This document shows, piece by piece, positions 51,360-60,287 of a stretch of 64,000 nucleotides of DNA. The position numbers were made by a program, and so were the translations under genes. Every line of letters begins with the position of its first letter. The stretch's first letter is position 1. This stretch comes from Candidatus Obscuribacterales bacterium (GTDB lineage: Bacteria > Cyanobacteriota > Vampirovibrionia > Obscuribacterales > Obscuribacteraceae), in NCBI GenBank assembly GCA_965228855.1, contig CBDDIJ010000005.1, positions 160,001-224,000 on the forward strand, read 5' to 3'. Under the pieces are notes generated by a model that worked only from the letters and a program-made list of their open reading frames with translations, was not told the origin of the DNA and ran no database searches.

Positions 51360-51645
51360 AGTCAAAACTGATTTGCCCTTCGCGCTGAAGTCGAGCGCAT
51401 TTGCGCCAATCGTAACGAACGTTCCGGCCTAGAGCCTCATACGGAAATCCGGCCTTGCGCCAGCGATCTCTTTGAAGCGAATCCACGCTTCGTCCAACAA
51501 ACATGGACAACGGCACTTCACTTACCATCCGCGGTAACGGATCATTCGGACCAATTCCAAGGACGGCGCGCATAGCGAGCGCGTCTTCGAAGTTCTCCGC
51601 ATTTTCGGTCATGCATGCGGGGGCTGATTCAAATTTCCTTTGCAT
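51358..51645 (-). CDS. Excisionase/AlpA-like HTH DNA-binding protein
   Basis: GGAGGA RBS; SE..LS..VG.S..SLQRDR.R..G.PY..LGRNVRY, typical of recombination directionality factors. Confidence 0.75.
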   Translation of the reverse strand: MQRKFESAPACMTENAENFEDALAMRAVLGIGPNDPLPRMVSEVPLSMFVGRSVDSLQRDRWRKAGFPYEALGRNVRYDWRKCARLQREGQISFD

Positions 51646-51821
51646 AAAAAATATCCTCCAACGACAGGGGTTAGTCAGCGTCTTCAAACGCTTACCTACC
51701 TATGCCTGCCTTGTGCAAATTGTTTTTGCCGTCGTTCGGTGTTGTTCCAATTACACCAAGGAGAGGAACATCAAGAACGCCCCGAATTACCTTGATTTAT
51801 TGAGGTTAATTGAGGGCGGGC

Positions 51822-52682
51822 TTATTTCTGCCACCACCGGCCCATTACGAGTCGATGAGAGTCATTCATCTTTTTGTTCTTGTATTCTTCAACCGTCCGG
51901 GCGATATGTGTACGCGAGAAATCCAAGCGCTTTCGCTTTTTTCCATCACCACGCTGTTCGTATTCAACGCCCAGTACATAAACATTACTTTGTGCCCAAT
52001 CCATCAACTCGTTGGCGCAAATTACAAACTCGCCATTCTTACTCGCTTTGGGCTGCCTATTTTTAATCTCAAACAACTTCCACAGATCAGACAAAAACCA
52101 CCAAAGCGCGAGGCTTTCCGGTTCCCCTGTCCGCACTTGCGGTTTGGCGGACAACGCAATGGACGCTCGCTCGTCAAATAATTGGAAAAGATACTCTCGA
52201 TCACGCAGCAGATTTTGCCAATGCTGTCGAAAGTCATCTGCGAATTGTTTCCAGAATAAATCATCAGGTATTCCGACGAAAACAGACTCAGCTTCAATAA
52301 TCGACTCCTCAAGTTTTTTTGCTTGAGTGCGAATTTGCTGCAAGGCTATCGCTCGCTCATCTTCATTATCGTCGGCAGCATCTGAGGACACTGTGCAAAC
52401 CTCATCTTGCCTATCATCGACGTAACGACCAAGCAGCCTTCTGGACTGCTTGGCTCCGTCTGTTCCGAGTAGCCTCTGAATCTTTTCCTCAAGATCCTTT
52501 GGTGTGGTATTTATCTGTCCAGCCCGATTCGGAAACTTCTCTGAAATCTTGTCTAGTTCAAGACGGCTCCACATATCCGCACTAACCTTTTCTCGATCAA
52601 TGCTGTTCCATTTGATGCGCGTGCATCCATCCTGCTCCACGACTTGCACGACAACGCCATCGCCAAGTGTGACTTCGCCCAT
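51822..52682 (-). CDS. Hypothetical protein
   Basis: ~286-aa ORF between the right att and the xis-like gene. Confidence 0.65.
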   Translation of the reverse strand: MGEVTLGDGVVVQVVEQDGCTRIKWNSIDREKVSADMWSRLELDKISEKFPNRAGQINTTPKDLEEKIQRLLGTDGAKQSRRLLGRYVDDRQDEVCTVSSDAADDNEDERAIALQQIRTQAKKLEESIIEAESVFVGIPDDLFWKQFADDFRQHWQNLLRDREYLFQLFDERASIALSAKPQVRTGEPESLALWWFLSDLWKLFEIKNRQPKASKNGEFVICANELMDWAQSNVYVLGVEYEQRGDGKKRKRLDFSRTHIARTVEEYKNKKMNDSHRLVMGRWWQK

Positions 52683-52805
52683 TTCTCTCAAAGTTTGAAC
52701 TCCAGACTAAAGGAACTCACTTTGATTATATTTGAAACAATCCGAATCTGTTTGAGCCGAGTTCTCTACACCGCCTCTACAAAATCGTGTCTAAGTTCTG
52801 AAACT

Positions 52806-52853
52806 ATCGGGACGACAGGATTTGAACCTGCGACCTATTGCTCCCAAAGCAAT
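52806..52853 (-). repeat. att core copy 2: 3' part of tRNA-Pro(TGG)
   Basis: Identical to 46401-46448 except one T-loop base (TTCAAAT); 5' half absent. Confidence 0.92.
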
Positions 52854-53345
52854 GACCGGTGGAGAATCTTCTCAATTCACGGCGGTACTCGGAGGGAACA
52901 GCGCACCACGGAGAGCGTTCGGAAAAGACGGAGAGCCTATTGCGGCCCAGAGCGAATTCGATATTATTCTTCAATCAATACTCGGTCAGCGCGCACTACC
53001 AGTCGATATTGAGGCTTCAGAAACTATGGATGATATAGAGGCAAGGCGCTATCAGAAAGCGTTGCGCGCGATGGAGTTACAGCTTGGTGATGGTTATGAC
53101 CAGTAGAGGAAGGAAATCCGGAGCCCTGTTGAACAAGTTGATACTCATCGACACCACCGATGGTGCTCATCGGACATATTCGTTCTAAAATGACTAAAGT
53201 CAAATGGTTCTATGATTCGTGCAAAAACTCGCGATCTCGTTTGTTAACACGAAACCAAAATCTTTTAACTATTTTGCTGAAAACACCACTAAACCGTCAC
53301 TCGAAAAACCGGTTCACGCAATTGTTGGTCTTGGGTCAAAGATTG

Positions 53346-54032
53346 TTAGGGCCTTGCTTTAATAGAAAAAAGCATAAATTTTTTGTGTACGGGTAGGACA
53401 TTCTTGGGATTATGGAAAGCAATGGCGCCCTTATTTGGATTACTACCAATCCTCAGAATTGCCGTTTCATCGTTGTCCAGATGATGCACGCCGGGTAGAT
53501 AATGGCCGACTATTGGAGGATGCCCACTCATGGTCCTCCAGTGACCAGGTGCACTAACAACAGCAGTGTTTCCGCCCCAGATCACCCGCCAGGTTGGTCC
53601 ATTCGGAGCTGACGCACCTTGTCTATCGAACGCAGCCCATCCCCACGTATTTTGCGAATTATTCACGCCGCCCCAAACGCAAAGCACCATTTGACTTCCA
53701 TTGGCCAATTTCCAGTAGAAGTTCTGATTTGCAGGAAACGACAATTTACCTGTGTGATTGTTCACGAATTCCAAATGTGCCATGTTTTCCAGCTTATTGG
53801 TATCTCCGGTCGCGGGAGCAAATTCGATCACTTCAAACCAATATGGCTTTCCATCTATGTTATATGTGGATTTTGTGTGAAGCGCGATCTTTCCGCTCGC
53901 ACGCATTTGACTTCCAAAAGGAAGAGTTGCGTTGTTATCGCCTAACTCCGCAAGCGCCGGCACTTGCACAAATAACGTCATTGCTAGAACGGAAAAAGAG
54001 ACCGAGATGGAATTTTTCCATGAACTATTCAT
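53346..54032 (-). CDS. Hypothetical exported protein
   Basis: GAGG RBS; signal peptide ending VPALA; Trp/Gly-rich beta-type sequence. Confidence 0.75.
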   Translation of the reverse strand: MNSSWKNSISVSFSVLAMTLFVQVPALAELGDNNATLPFGSQMRASGKIALHTKSTYNIDGKPYWFEVIEFAPATGDTNKLENMAHLEFVNNHTGKLSFPANQNFYWKLANGSQMVLCVWGGVNNSQNTWGWAAFDRQGASAPNGPTWRVIWGGNTAVVSAPGHWRTMSGHPPIVGHYLPGVHHLDNDETAILRIGSNPNKGAIAFHNPKNVLPVHKKFMLFSIKARP

Positions 54033-54056
54033 TCGATTTACCTCAAAGATAATGAC

Positions 54057-54482
54057 TTATAGAATTCGAATCAGCCAGACCATAGAAAAGTGCGCCGGTC
54101 TGGTCTTTTTTGTGTAGGTGAATTGCGGCGCTGTTGTAGCGGTATACGGCGATGTAACGACGGCGCTGGTGACCTCGAATTCATCTCGATTTCCAAAGAA
54201 GGAGAAACCTGCAGGCATGACGGTGAAATCTGTGATGTCTGTCCTGGGTGTTGTGGGATCCGCTGCTTGACCGAAAATACTTTGTAGAAAGGGAGAGATT
54301 GACAAGTACGGTCTGAGATCCCGATCCGCGCGAACGAACCGCACAGAGCCAATAGAAGGGTCGACTTCGATTACCGGTAAAGAATCAACATTAGCATCAG
54401 CGCTTCGCACCATAATTGGAACGAGACCACCCAGAGGGATTAACGGCCATCCCATGGTTCCAGGGTTGCTGCTATCTGGCAT
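54057..54482 (-). CDS. Hypothetical protein with tail-collar-like terminal motifs
   Basis: GGAG RBS; N-terminal PLGGLVPI and C-terminal TRPAHFSMVWLIRI. Confidence 0.6.
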   Translation of the reverse strand: MPDSSNPGTMGWPLIPLGGLVPIMVRSADANVDSLPVIEVDPSIGSVRFVRADRDLRPYLSISPFLQSIFGQAADPTTPRTDITDFTVMPAGFSFFGNRDEFEVTSAVVTSPYTATTAPQFTYTKKTRPAHFSMVWLIRIL

Positions 54483-54757
54483 TTTGAGTTTCTCCGTAGC
54501 GTCACAGTACTCTTCGGCTTTGGGATTCCTTGAAAATTAGGGAAGCTGGAGATGAATCTCTCTCTCTCCACTCAACCCCAACGAAGTATACCGATCTGAA
54601 CTAGCTGCAGCCGACTTCTAGATGTCATTTACTTCAAATAGGTGATTGGGAGTGACGAAACTCCACGCGGCTCCCACCTTTGATTCCAAACTGCGAACGG
54701 GCTTAGCTGCCGTCGCAATGTGGAATAACCAGAGCACTGCTCTGCGAGACAATCCCT

Positions 54758-56455
54758 ATGAGCGATGATCCGTCCAAGCCCAGAAGAACGGAAGTGCCTG
54801 CTGAAATCGGCGGCACTGACAAGGGTTTGGAAAGCGCTCCAGATGTGCCTGCCGTCAGAAATGCGAGCGTGGACGTCGTTAAGTCTGCTCAACGACTCAA
54901 CCAAGATAACTGGCGCAGTAATGACGGACACTTTGCTATCACAAACGGCGATGAAGTCCTAGCAAGCCAGAATGTTAATGAGTCGAGAAAAGCTCTCATA
55001 GAGAATGTTTCAGAGACTGGAACTCAGCTATCACTCGAAGCCCGAAGCAACCCCGCCCTTGAACCCGTTGCGCTGCTACGGAAGTATGCAGACAAATTGC
55101 CAGAAGGCGAAGAGAAGAGAAGTCTTGTCGAACTCTCCCGGAAGCAAGGTGCTGAGCTTTCACCTTCGATTCGTGAGAGGCTCGAAGGCAGAAGATATGC
55201 CATAGCCAGTAGTGAATTAGATCAAGGTGGAATCCATCACGCGTTGACACCAAATGAGGTGCCACCTGGAGGACTGGGATCTGCATTTCTACACTCAAAA
55301 CCAGAGGTACAGAATGCGCTAATCAAGGCACTTCAAGACTGTCCCGAGATTATGAGTAATCGCTTGGACGTCGCCATCTCGAACGGTGTATATAAAGGAG
55401 TACGAAATTGGACTGACGTGGCCGTCGCGCTTGGATTGACAGTCTGGAGGACTATCGAATTCACCTCCGACGTTATGACGAACAACCCACGTGCCCTGAA
55501 AACTGGCGAGAAAGTTGGCAGCGACATTGGCTCGGCAATAGTTGGGGGAGTGCGAATCTTCGAATTCGCAGACCTGTATTCTCAGAACATTCAGGAGACA
55601 GGGGACTACGAAAAACCGATTCGTGACATCGTCTGGTTAAAAGAACAGCTCAACGCAAAATGGAACCGGATGTCGGAATTTGAGAAGCAGGAATGCATCG
55701 CGGAAAGCACAACAAACCTTGCTCTAGGAGGTCTTCCGACATGGTCTCTCGCAAGGTCATCTCACTTTACCCGTGCAATTGAAGATCTCGGTCAGACAGC
55801 AGCCAAACTTGGTGGTAAGTCTCAGCAAGAGCTTGCAATAGCAATACGGCGCATGATCGATAAGCTTGGTCCGCAAGTCAAAGCGGTGGATGCCGCAACC
55901 GGATTAGAAATCGAAGTTCCTGCTGGCCGGTTTGAAGACCTCTCAATGAGGATGGTCAAACACAAGGGTGACGGAAATGATACTCCGAAGCAGAGAAGGA
56001 GCTACGGTGAGGGCGACGAGATAGTGCGGTCCCCTCACAAGTTTAAGGAGCTTCCTAAGACAGTCGAGGTTCTTCTGCACAATCCCGTCAAATTCGTTTC
56101 GGACAGAATTGACGAACTCAAATCTCAAATTCCAAAGAAAGCGATGGATTTTGGAACAACGATGTCATCAGCAATAGCAAAAGACGCCGACGGTAAATTA
56201 CACGTCTTGGTGAGCACTAATGAGGAAACTGACTATCTCCGCAAGGGAGTGGAGCTTAAACCTTGGGAAAACTTCGTAACCGGAGAAACAGGTGACGCAG
56301 AAATGAGGATAAAACAATTCGCGGAGAATCACGGACTCAAGCTTATTGGAATGGGTGCAACCCGTCCCATATGCGAAGCGTGTGAATCGTGCCTTCGACC
56401 ACTCGGAGTAAAGTTCGCTACAATTCTGAAGTCAGAGGTCAGGAAGAAGCCATGA
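54758..56455 (+). CDS. Polymorphic toxin-like protein with C-terminal deaminase-fold domain
   Basis: C-terminal GDAEMRI...GMGATRPICEAC resembles the [H]AE...PxCxxC pattern of toxin deaminases; ATGA overlap with a small downstream gene. Confidence 0.75.
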   Translation: MSDDPSKPRRTEVPAEIGGTDKGLESAPDVPAVRNASVDVVKSAQRLNQDNWRSNDGHFAITNGDEVLASQNVNESRKALIENVSETGTQLSLEARSNPALEPVALLRKYADKLPEGEEKRSLVELSRKQGAELSPSIRERLEGRRYAIASSELDQGGIHHALTPNEVPPGGLGSAFLHSKPEVQNALIKALQDCPEIMSNRLDVAISNGVYKGVRNWTDVAVALGLTVWRTIEFTSDVMTNNPRALKTGEKVGSDIGSAIVGGVRIFEFADLYSQNIQETGDYEKPIRDIVWLKEQLNAKWNRMSEFEKQECIAESTTNLALGGLPTWSLARSSHFTRAIEDLGQTAAKLGGKSQQELAIAIRRMIDKLGPQVKAVDAATGLEIEVPAGRFEDLSMRMVKHKGDGNDTPKQRRSYGEGDEIVRSPHKFKELPKTVEVLLHNPVKFVSDRIDELKSQIPKKAMDFGTTMSSAIAKDADGKLHVLVSTNEETDYLRKGVELKPWENFVTGETGDAEMRIKQFAENHGLKLIGMGATRPICEACESCLRPLGVKFATILKSEVRKKP

Positions 56456-56892
56456 ATAGACTGGAATCCGTAGCGCCCGAAACAGCTATTGAAGTCGGCC
56501 GTGCTGGTCCTCAAAAGCAAAGACTCGCAGCTATTGAAGCATGCCGACATGCAATTGAGGCAAGCAAAACGAGCGATGAAATCGTCATCCGTGCGTTCGA
56601 TTTACTCTGTCAAGATGGCGTGCTTCCAGCGAAGGTAAGACATGCGCTCGACGATGTAGCAGACGAACTTGATGAAAAATACATGGAGATTTACCAGAAA
56701 ACTCCAGACGCGAGGCACGACTATATTGGCTACTTCAGGCGCGCCAGGACGATCTGCGCAGTCTCCGCTGCCGGCGGCGAGGATCCACATCAAGCTGCGA
56801 TTGATGCAATTTACGAAGCGCGCCAGACGGTTGACGATCAAGACGGTCTCTGCCAGGTCCTATCAGCTTACCTTCGCCGAAAGGCTGACTGA
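56452..56892 (+). CDS. Probable cognate immunity protein
   Basis: ATGA-coupled to the toxin; 146-aa helical protein LDEKY..Y...F.RAR...A...AIYEA. Confidence 0.75.
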   Translation: MNRLESVAPETAIEVGRAGPQKQRLAAIEACRHAIEASKTSDEIVIRAFDLLCQDGVLPAKVRHALDDVADELDEKYMEIYQKTPDARHDYIGYFRRARTICAVSAAGGEDPHQAAIDAIYEARQTVDDQDGLCQVLSAYLRRKAD

Positions 56893-56899
56893 ATTTCGA

Positions 56900-57799
56900 T
56901 TATTCAGAAGGATTATCATTAGTCAGAATGCGTCGCTTCTTAAACGCGCCCATTTTTTCAGTAAATTCCGTTGCGAATGCAACATAGGGATCGGTATTCT
57001 CGATATAAATGGCGTTTACCTGTCCAGGTCCGTAAGAAAGCATTTGACTCTTTAGCTCTCGGCCAATCTGATGTTTTGACCCAGCCCACCTGACGATTCT
57101 CTCGGTAAAGACCTGTTTGGGTAATTGGGCACGCAAATGCAATCCATCCGGAAATACAATATGCGAACTCGCCTCGGAGGACCAAAACTCACTTACACTG
57201 AAAATACTTACGCCTTCGTCCACTAGGCGCTCGGCAGCGCTCACAAACGGCTCTGCTCGCCCTTCGTCAGTCTCTCGATTATGTTCTTCAAACTGCCGAA
57301 GATGTTCCGCTCGCTCATCGGCAGTGCGCACAAAAGTATGCGCCTCGCCCACAAGCACAACTACTTTGGACGGAAGCACGCTCATTATTGTGTCGCACAT
57401 GAATTGTTCGCGTCCGACCTCTGGGCTGTCGGAGTTAGGATCCAAACTGTTGATAAAGAGAAGTTCGCCACCATGTCGGCACCATGTTTTTATTGCCTCT
57501 AACAGCAATTCATCAAAACATTCGAACTGCGAAATCGACTGCTCCCGAAGCTGCTCTTGCAAGTCTACCAAAGGACAATCGCCCCTTACATAACGATCAA
57601 ACGATGTAGTCAGATTCGGTAATAGCTCAAGAGCCAGATACTCAAACCCTTTCCCCCTGAGCAAGGGAAGTAGAGTTAGGACAATTTTTCTAAACTCAGT
57701 CTTAGCTGAATGGGTCTCTCCAAGTAAAACTACGTTTGCGTTTTCCGAGAGAATCTGTTCAACAAGTTGATACTCATCAATGCCACCTTCGGTGCTCAT
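56900..57799 (-). CDS. ChaN/EreA(Tiki)-fold protein
   Basis: VVLLGETH, YLALE, REQFM, VVLVGEAH; ATGA overlap with the upstream ARH gene. Confidence 0.72.
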   Translation of the reverse strand: MSTEGGIDEYQLVEQILSENANVVLLGETHSAKTEFRKIVLTLLPLLRGKGFEYLALELLPNLTTSFDRYVRGDCPLVDLQEQLREQSISQFECFDELLLEAIKTWCRHGGELLFINSLDPNSDSPEVGREQFMCDTIMSVLPSKVVVLVGEAHTFVRTADERAEHLRQFEEHNRETDEGRAEPFVSAAERLVDEGVSIFSVSEFWSSEASSHIVFPDGLHLRAQLPKQVFTERIVRWAGSKHQIGRELKSQMLSYGPGQVNAIYIENTDPYVAFATEFTEKMGAFKKRRILTNDNPSE

Positions 57800-59598
57800 A
57801 TCAAATGCTCCGTCCTTGAGCCGCTGCTCTTTGGAGTCTTCAATCCACGCCTGCGTAAAATCCTTATATTGTATCCATCGAAGTCATCGAACGTGAATGC
57901 TCCTCTCTTGTCGAGCAAATTCTCACGAATATCAATCATGAGACCGAATTTTTGAACTACTCTATAAGCTTTGTGGACATCATCGGTATAAAGACAGAGT
58001 ATTGGTGAAGTCAACGAGCGACGATCTCTTAGTGAGTCAAGCTGCTCTAAGACGAGTGCACCAAAATCGATGGATTCCCTATCCCGACTGACAACCCGAA
58101 ATCCCAGATCTGTGAACAATCTTGCTGAGCGCTCCAGATTTTGCACGAGAAGTGTCACTCGCAAATCCGGTTCTCGTAATGGTCTATCCGGAGCTGTCTC
58201 GTATACCGCGGATTGACGCTGCTCCAGTTGATTGTCCTCGTCTATTTTCAGAGGCAGAGGCTTCGGACTTGCCTTCTTCAGCCTAGTAATGAAGATCGTC
58301 TGCCCGTCTTCAGTTCTTAGTCTACACACAGATCCTTTAACATCTTCTTTGAGCATTTCCACATCTTCGAAAGATTCGACTATGGCAGACCTAGTGTCCG
58401 GAAGTGTGACCTCGCGTTGTTGCGTTGCTGCAAATATTTCACGCCTCAGCGAAGCAAGCGTGACTTGCCGAACTTCTGGAATCGCTTTACGAACTTGTCG
58501 CCGACTAAGGTCTAATGCAATCTGGCGAAGATATGGACGGTCCTGCACAGAATCTAGGCACTCGGTGATCCAATCTGTTCCAAAGACAGCACCAGCAAGT
58601 GATCCGACCATGGCTCCAAGTGTGTCGGTATCTGCATCTTCTAAGAAACAAGCGCGACGAAGACCGGCGTTCGGATTGCCACCACTTTTCGAAACCAAAA
58701 ACAGCGCACCAGCTGTGGTGACGGTGCCCGCGCCAGAACGCTCGCTATCCGAACATCCCAAATGACGAAGAACTTCATTCTCAGTCTGAAGTCCCGATTC
58801 CAATTCGCGTTGAATGTAAGTCAACATTTCCTCCAACTCGTGGACGGTGCTCGTCCATTCATCCAAGTACGAGAGGGTCTTATTTGAATTCGCAGCGTGG
58901 TACCATTCCTCGAACTCAACACACTCTGGTAAGTTTGACCAAACGTCCTTAGCAGCTAGAGTTTGCCTAACTAATTCACCGAACTCTAGTGTCTTCCGTA
59001 GGCGAAGGGCGTACCAACCTGCGTACGCGAAAGCCAGAGCTCCTATCAGCGCCCTCGGATGCCCATGAGTAGTGATGCCATTTCTGAAAACGTCTCTTCC
59101 CAATTCTGCAAAACCATCCGAATCTGCATGCCATACACAGTGTGGAAAGATGCGCATCGCAACGCCATTAGCTCCAGCTTCGAAGTATTTCCGACGGTCT
59201 GATTCGGGTCTATTTAAGGACCAGGGAGGGATATTTAAGCACCATGCTTTAATTGCACTCTTTACGGCTCTTCCGCCGCCTCTCTCGTAAAGACTGAACG
59301 TTGGAAATTCTTGTTTCGTGAGAAACGAAAACCACTCGTCTCCAGTGAACAGACTTCTAGCCGTACTTAGAACGAGCTGTGTGTCGTCGCTGTAGCATCC
59401 AGCACCGATTGATTCTAGATGTGCGTAGCTGTAACCACCAGCTCGACGCCGCCATGCTCGAAATGGTGCCTCCGGTTTATGTGGCAGAAAATTCACAAGC
59501 CCCGAACGATTTTCTTGAGGCCAGCCCAGCGCATCACCGACAGCCCCCCCAACTATGGCGCCTTCCGCTTTCTTTGCTAGGGATAACATCATCGGCAT
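57796..59598 (-). CDS. ADP-ribosylglycohydrolase (DraG/ARH family) with C-terminal VOC/glyoxalase-like domain
   Basis: GDALG, YSDDTQL, NGVAMR, TTHGHP, DTDTLGAMVGSL; C-terminal LLVQNLERSARLF..LGF...FDDFDGY.I; TAATG overlap with darT. Confidence 0.9.
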   Translation of the reverse strand: MPMMLSLAKKAEGAIVGGAVGDALGWPQENRSGLVNFLPHKPEAPFRAWRRRAGGYSYAHLESIGAGCYSDDTQLVLSTARSLFTGDEWFSFLTKQEFPTFSLYERGGGRAVKSAIKAWCLNIPPWSLNRPESDRRKYFEAGANGVAMRIFPHCVWHADSDGFAELGRDVFRNGITTHGHPRALIGALAFAYAGWYALRLRKTLEFGELVRQTLAAKDVWSNLPECVEFEEWYHAANSNKTLSYLDEWTSTVHELEEMLTYIQRELESGLQTENEVLRHLGCSDSERSGAGTVTTAGALFLVSKSGGNPNAGLRRACFLEDADTDTLGAMVGSLAGAVFGTDWITECLDSVQDRPYLRQIALDLSRRQVRKAIPEVRQVTLASLRREIFAATQQREVTLPDTRSAIVESFEDVEMLKEDVKGSVCRLRTEDGQTIFITRLKKASPKPLPLKIDEDNQLEQRQSAVYETAPDRPLREPDLRVTLLVQNLERSARLFTDLGFRVVSRDRESIDFGALVLEQLDSLRDRRSLTSPILCLYTDDVHKAYRVVQKFGLMIDIRENLLDKRGAFTFDDFDGYNIRILRRRGLKTPKSSGSRTEHLI

Positions 59599-60287
59599 TA
59601 CGGCGTCCAAGTTGACTCTCGAGGTGCAGAACCATTCCAAATACAGTTTCGGAGTGCGTCCTTGTCGAACATTTCTCCACAAATCACAAATCGAAGGTCT
59701 GTACAGTCTATTTTCGCATACTCAAACCTTACAAGCTGATCTTGTGCATGGGCTTTTGTCGGAAACACGACTCCAGTCAAATCAGTTATTGCAATTTTGT
59801 CTTTAACCATTACTTCACACTGCATGTCGGTTGGGCATGATGAAAGGTGCGTTGCAGAGCGGCTAAAAGAACCAACTCTACTAGCATAAAGACCAGCGAG
59901 TGCAGGCAAGCTGGCAGGTATAAGATTCGCTCCGGAGCCCTTTGCCGCGTTGTGGGGGCAATACAGCGTGTCATTTAGACCCACGTAGTCCGCTCGAATT
60001 AGCAGGATAACCCAATCGCGGAAAAGTAAGTCCTCTTTTTGCTTCTTTAGAAAGTAATGCACATTCGGGTATTGAATAGATGTTGAAATGTGCCCTTTTC
60101 GACCATCCCACCGCTCAATATCAATCTGGGTGAAAAGGGCGCGTTCATCTCTTTCCAGCATCTCTGTTGCGAGTATTCCGATTTTTCCATCGATTAAATG
60201 CATTAAATTGCGCACGGGAGTGAAATGGCACAGTCTTGAAACTCCTTTTCGCTGAACCTCCTTCAGGAGACCTTCATCTAATGTCAT
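59598..60287 (-). CDS. darT: DarT (DUF4433) DNA ADP-ribosyltransferase, DarT1-like
   Basis: LCHFT..NL, D.ER.DG, S.QYPN, DWVIL, P.NAA, TD.QCEV (catalytic Glu). Confidence 0.88.
   Translation of the reverse strand: MTLDEGLLKEVQRKGVSRLCHFTPVRNLMHLIDGKIGILATEMLERDERALFTQIDIERWDGRKGHISTSIQYPNVHYFLKKQKEDLLFRDWVILLIRADYVGLNDTLYCPHNAAKGSGANLIPASLPALAGLYASRVGSFSRSATHLSSCPTDMQCEVMVKDKIAITDLTGVVFPTKAHAQDQLVRFEYAKIDCTDLRFVICGEMFDKDALRNCIWNGSAPRESTWTP

Larger units (their letters stand above)
46401..52853. mobile_element. Decayed integrative element in a tRNA-Pro tandem array
   Basis: Flanked by 48-bp direct repeats (47/48 identical); integrase next to the left att; excisionase-like gene inside. Confidence 0.85.

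Noticed and set aside
52822..53106. 94-aa ORF overlapping att copy 2
   Set aside because: Starts inside the tRNA-derived repeat with no RBS or motif; at most a gene remnant.
57796..60287. Classical DarTG1/DarTG2 call
   Set aside because: No NADAR or macrodomain motifs recognised next to darT; the partner is clearly ARH-family.
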